The position numbers and the translations under genes were made by a program. A DNA stretch of 27,732 bases, from the IMG/VR virus record IMGVR_UViG_3300043406_000068, positions 1 through 27,732 of that record; one strand, given 5' to 3'. How positions within the stretch are numbered: the first letter of the stretch is position 1; every line of letters begins with the position of its first letter. This stretch comes from a virus (taxonomy: Duplodnaviria > Caudoviricetes). This document shows positions 24,605-27,732 of the stretch, piece by piece. A model generated the notes under the pieces. It was not told the origin of the DNA and did no database searches. It worked only from the letters and a program-made list of their open reading frames with translations.

Positions 24605-26818
24605 CTAAACCAAAGGTCCTCGTGTGGTCACGGTACCCACGACCGAGATGGACTGCGTTCCCATCACGGTGGCGGAATCGTCCTCGTACTGTACTCGGGA
24701 CGTCAGGCTCTGCTCTGCCAGACCCACGCAGAACTCGTGGATGCGCTTGAGGAGTTGCCCCCACGTGTCCGCGCCCGGATTGGGTGCTCCGATAGATCCC
24801 GACAGAGCAACTTCGGTGAATGCGGCTACCGGGCTGATGTCGGGGTTGCCGAAGATCCCGTGCCCAGTACCGCCAGCCGCCACACCAGTCAAACCGTGGT
24901 AGTTGTTGGCCTGTGCCTGGAAGATGGCTCCGTGGCCCGAGGTGATTCCTCCGATGGTGAAGAACCCGTTGCCCGTGGCTCCTCCCTCGAAGAAGGCCCC
25001 GTGTCCAGCAGCCGTCCCAGTGATATGCAAACCGTGTCCACTGGTGGTGTTGATCCGGACTCCAATGCCGGAGGTGGCTCCACCCAAGATGCTCAATCCG
25101 TCGCCAGTAGCCCCAGGGACGATCTTGACCCCAGGCTGTGTACCAAATCCGATGATGGACAACCCGATGCTGTCTCCGCCAACAGCCTGCATGATTACGG
25201 ATGCCCCGCTGGTAGCCCCTCCCTTGAACAGGGCAGCCGACCCAGTTGCACCTCCTTCACAGAACAAACCCGATCCCGAACCCGATCCTAGGATACGCAA
25301 TCCGTGGCCGTTGCCACCAAGAGAGATGATCCTCATGCCGTGACTGGAGTTGCTGATGATGTCCAACCCCGGACCCGTCCCGGCTGCTTCGAACTTAACA
25401 GCCTGACCAGTCCCAGTGGCCTTCACGTAAAGGGCAGCCTCGTTGCTGCTCCCTTCAATGTAGACGCCTGAATCCCCGGTAGCGCCCGCGATGAAGTGAG
25501 CCCCGCGCCCACTCGCTCCCCCCTGAACGGCCATACCGTGTCCACCAAGGGATCCAAGGATGAACAATCCAGACGAGCTTCCGCCCTGCGCCGCAATGGA
25601 CATACCAACGCCAGAGGTAGACCCGCCGAGGATCTTCACACCAACACCGGTGACGCCGCCCGTGGCTTGGAACCCAGGTTGTGCGCCGCTTCCGATGGCG
25701 TGGATGCCGGCGCCCTCGTTTGCGGTGACTTCGGCCCTCAACCCGTCACCACCACCAACACCACCAACAACTCGAAGGCCGTGGTCCGATCCACTAGACC
25801 CGACAGCTTCGAATACGACTGCCCCCTTCTGTCCACTAACAGACAGACCAATGCTGGCGTCTCCACCACCACCATCGGTGATCTGCATACCGTACTGTCC
25901 ATTAGCCGATCCACCCGCTGAGATGAACAGACCGGTTCCACCTCCCACAGGGCTGTCCCCACCAATGATGCTAACCCCGCTTCCAGTTCCCTTGCCGATG
26001 ATGTTGATGCCTGACGAATTCCCTGCGACCGCCGAAATGTCCAGACCAATCCCGCTGGTGACCCCGCCCTGGATCTGGAACCCGATCCCGCTAGCCCCGC
26101 CCTGGAAGTATACTCCCTGGTTAGCCCCGATTCCCTGAACGTGCAGGCCGATTCCACCGCCCACAGCCTTGAGCCATGCCGCCTTTCCGGAGGTGACACC
26201 CCCGAGAGCCTCGAAGCCGTTTCCGGTAGCCCCTCCCCCAACCTGGAAGCCGGCCCCCGTCCCTTGGCCTGTGAACTTGGCCCCGATGTCGTTGCCGGCA
26301 GTAGCTTCTGCCAGCAACCCTTGGCCCGAGGTAGACCCGCCCTTGAGGTAGGCCCCGTGTCCAGTAGCCCCACCCAGGGACTTCAATCCTGATTGGGTGC
26401 CGTGGCCCACAAGATTCAACCCGGCTCCATTGGCCCCCGTGCTGGTAGCGGAGATAGCATCACCGTTCGAGTTGATGATGACCATACTGCGGAGTCTAAT
26501 GAAGGTCTCGATGAATAGAGCGGTATCGACCCACACATGGGCAGCCGTCAAATCCGAGATCCTGACCCAAATCACGTTGGCCTGCATCTCGGTAGCGGTA
26601 AGAACCAATGTCCAGATGCCAGCCGCCCCAACTTGCGTAGGATTGTTGGTGGTGTTGGCGTACGCGCCCCTATCCTTGGAGATGGTAACATCACCCGCCG
26701 CGAACGCAGGCGCGCTCGTGAAGTCGTGGGGTAGGGCGTTGGTCGCGCTCCACTGGATCAGGGGGAAGTCGAAGGATTCCTGGACCCCATAGCCTCGAAG
26801 ATAGCGGTGCGTGTTCAT
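24605..26818 (-). CDS. Gly-rich beta-solenoid tail fibre/spike
   Basis: About 550 aa of 11-12-residue G-rich repeats (GGATG.G, GG.TSG.G) between globular termini. Confidence 0.7.
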   Translation of the reverse strand: MNTHRYLRGYGVQESFDFPLIQWSATNALPHDFTSAPAFAAGDVTISKDRGAYANTTNNPTQVGAAGIWTLVLTATEMQANVIWVRISDLTAAHVWVDTALFIETFIRLRSMVIINSNGDAISATSTGANGAGLNLVGHGTQSGLKSLGGATGHGAYLKGGSTSGQGLLAEATAGNDIGAKFTGQGTGAGFQVGGGATGNGFEALGGVTSGKAAWLKAVGGGIGLHVQGIGANQGVYFQGGASGIGFQIQGGVTSGIGLDISAVAGNSSGINIIGKGTGSGVSIIGGDSPVGGGTGLFISAGGSANGQYGMQITDGGGGDASIGLSVSGQKGAVVFEAVGSSGSDHGLRVVGGVGGGDGLRAEVTANEGAGIHAIGSGAQPGFQATGGVTGVGVKILGGSTSGVGMSIAAQGGSSSGLFILGSLGGHGMAVQGGASGRGAHFIAGATGDSGVYIEGSSNEAALYVKATGTGQAVKFEAAGTGPGLDIISNSSHGMRIISLGGNGHGLRILGSGSGSGLFCEGGATGSAALFKGGATSGASVIMQAVGGDSIGLSIIGFGTQPGVKIVPGATGDGLSILGGATSGIGVRINTTSGHGLHITGTAAGHGAFFEGGATGNGFFTIGGITSGHGAIFQAQANNYHGLTGVAAGGTGHGIFGNPDISPVAAFTEVALSGSIGAPNPGADTWGQLLKRIHEFCVGLAEQSLTSRVQYEDDSATVMGTQSISVVGTVTTRGPLV

Positions 26819-26819
26819 C

Positions 26820-27233
26820 TTATACCTCTACCGGGGTGATTGTCGGAAAAGTGAGGGCCACTACGTTGAAATATACGTTGCCTAATACGGCTGCGGCCAC
26901 GTTCCTGTTGAAGACCGAAAGGCGCAGGGTATTCGTGGCGAACACCCTAGCGTCGATCTCGAACACGTCCGGACCCAGGTTGGCTTCGGGGCACGCCAAC
27001 ACCGGCATCCCGAGTTGGATACCATTCATCACTATGTTGAACGATACATTAGATTGACCTGGAATGGTACCCAAGGCGATCAGATACCTGGCCGCAACAC
27101 CGAATGTGGTGATGTTGATCCTGGTCCCGATCATGGTGCCTGAGGCCGGGGCGGTCACAGTCACTTCACCCGCTCCGATCATTAGATCCTCGGCCGTAAG
27201 CTGCTCGACTACTACGGTTCCAGTTCCAGGCAC
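26820..27233 (-). CDS. small beta-rich virion protein
   Basis: Part of ORF 26820..27377. GTG 27233 lies 1 nt after the upstream TAA with a GGAAGG RBS, the same stop-N-start spacing as at 26820/26818, 24605/24603 and 20288/20286. Confidence 0.65.
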   Translation of the reverse strand: MPGTGTVVVEQLTAEDLMIGAGEVTVTAPASGTMIGTRINITTFGVAARYLIALGTIPGQSNVSFNIVMNGIQLGMPVLACPEANLGPDVFEIDARVFATNTLRLSVFNRNVAAAVLGNVYFNVVALTFPTITPVEV

Positions 27234-27234
27234 T

Positions 27235-27732
27235 TTACACCTTCCATCCTTGGGGACCAGAATAATGATACGGCCACTGAACTCGACCCGGGGAGTGAGG
27301 CTTGCGTTGCACTCTCCCGTAGGCCCGTCTTTGGATCTTGTGCACCCTAGACATCCACGTTCGGGCCAGGGCCACAACGCTTTCGAATCTCTGGTTGTAG
27401 AACGTAGACAGCTTCGAGTTTTGTCCAGGCCCGGCCATATCTAGGGCCATCGCCTGTGCCTTGTCCCGGATTCCCCGTAGAAGGGGCTCCGGAACATCGA
27501 AGGTGTCCCCGTCTACCACCAGCTGCTTGGGTCGACGCCTTGCTTCCAGGACCGTGTTTGTGTTGTCATAGCTGAGCTTGCGGATCATTCCCCTGGGACC
27601 ACCTGAAACTCGCATTCCAGGAAGGTGGCGAACGATCCCCCTACTACCGGTGAATGTGTACCCGTCCCAGTACCCACCGCTCCAACCCCACCTGAGGGAG
27701 GGAGAATCGGAGGTGATGAATAGGGTGCCGGG
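27235..27732 (-). CDS. head-tail adaptor-like protein (partial, starts beyond window)
   Basis: The frame stays open to the window end (PGTLFITSDSPSLRWGWSGG..). FDVPEPLLRGIRDKAQAMAL..FYNQRFE resembles podovirus adaptor C-termini. Confidence 0.55.
   Translation of the reverse strand, partial: PGTLFITSDSPSLRWGWSGGYWDGYTFTGSRGIVRHLPGMRVSGGPRGMIRKLSYDNTNTVLEARRRPKQLVVDGDTFDVPEPLLRGIRDKAQAMALDMAGPGQNSKLSTFYNQRFESVVALARTWMSRVHKIQRRAYGRVQRKPHSPGRVQWPYHYSGPQGWKV

Noticed and set aside
15778-27444. Many + strand ORFs opposite the structural genes, and - strand ORFs opposite the replication genes
   Set aside because: These are antisense shadows expected from high GC3, with no RBS or recognisable motifs.
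1-27732. Stop-codon reassignment
   Set aside because: TAA, TAG and TGA all end genes at tight junctions, and coding density is high under the standard code.

Overview
This is a GC-rich (roughly 60% by eye) segment of a tailed dsDNA phage or prophage with two converging arms. The + arm (1-15615) holds early and replication genes: a DinG/XPD-type helicase, a DUF3310 (T7 gp1.7-like) protein, ThyX, a probable SSB, a PD-(D/E)xK exonuclease, a Sak4-like ATPase, an ERCC4/XPF nuclease, a family-A DNA polymerase and a dUTPase. The - arm (15654-27732) holds podovirus-type virion genes: adaptor, Gly-rich fibre, tail tube/nozzle, a glycoside-hydrolase-like protein and three ejection-type proteins. The main result is a complete-looking 2-aminoadenine (Z-genome) toolkit built from atypical parts. 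(1) A PurZ (GSEAKG, Asp->Ser) with an extra insertion of about 70 aa and mixed PurZ/PurZ0 signatures. (2) A Cys/His-rich + DUF5664 + MazG-like fusion translationally coupled to purZ. (3) A DatZ-like HD hydrolase. (4) A PolA with a degenerate family-4 uracil-DNA-glycosylase domain and several substitutions at normally conserved minor-groove/active-site residues, a candidate new type of Z-selective polymerase. A 19-bp perfect inverted repeat also covers the ribosome-binding site of the exonuclease gene. All family calls come from motif recognition by eye; no database search was run.
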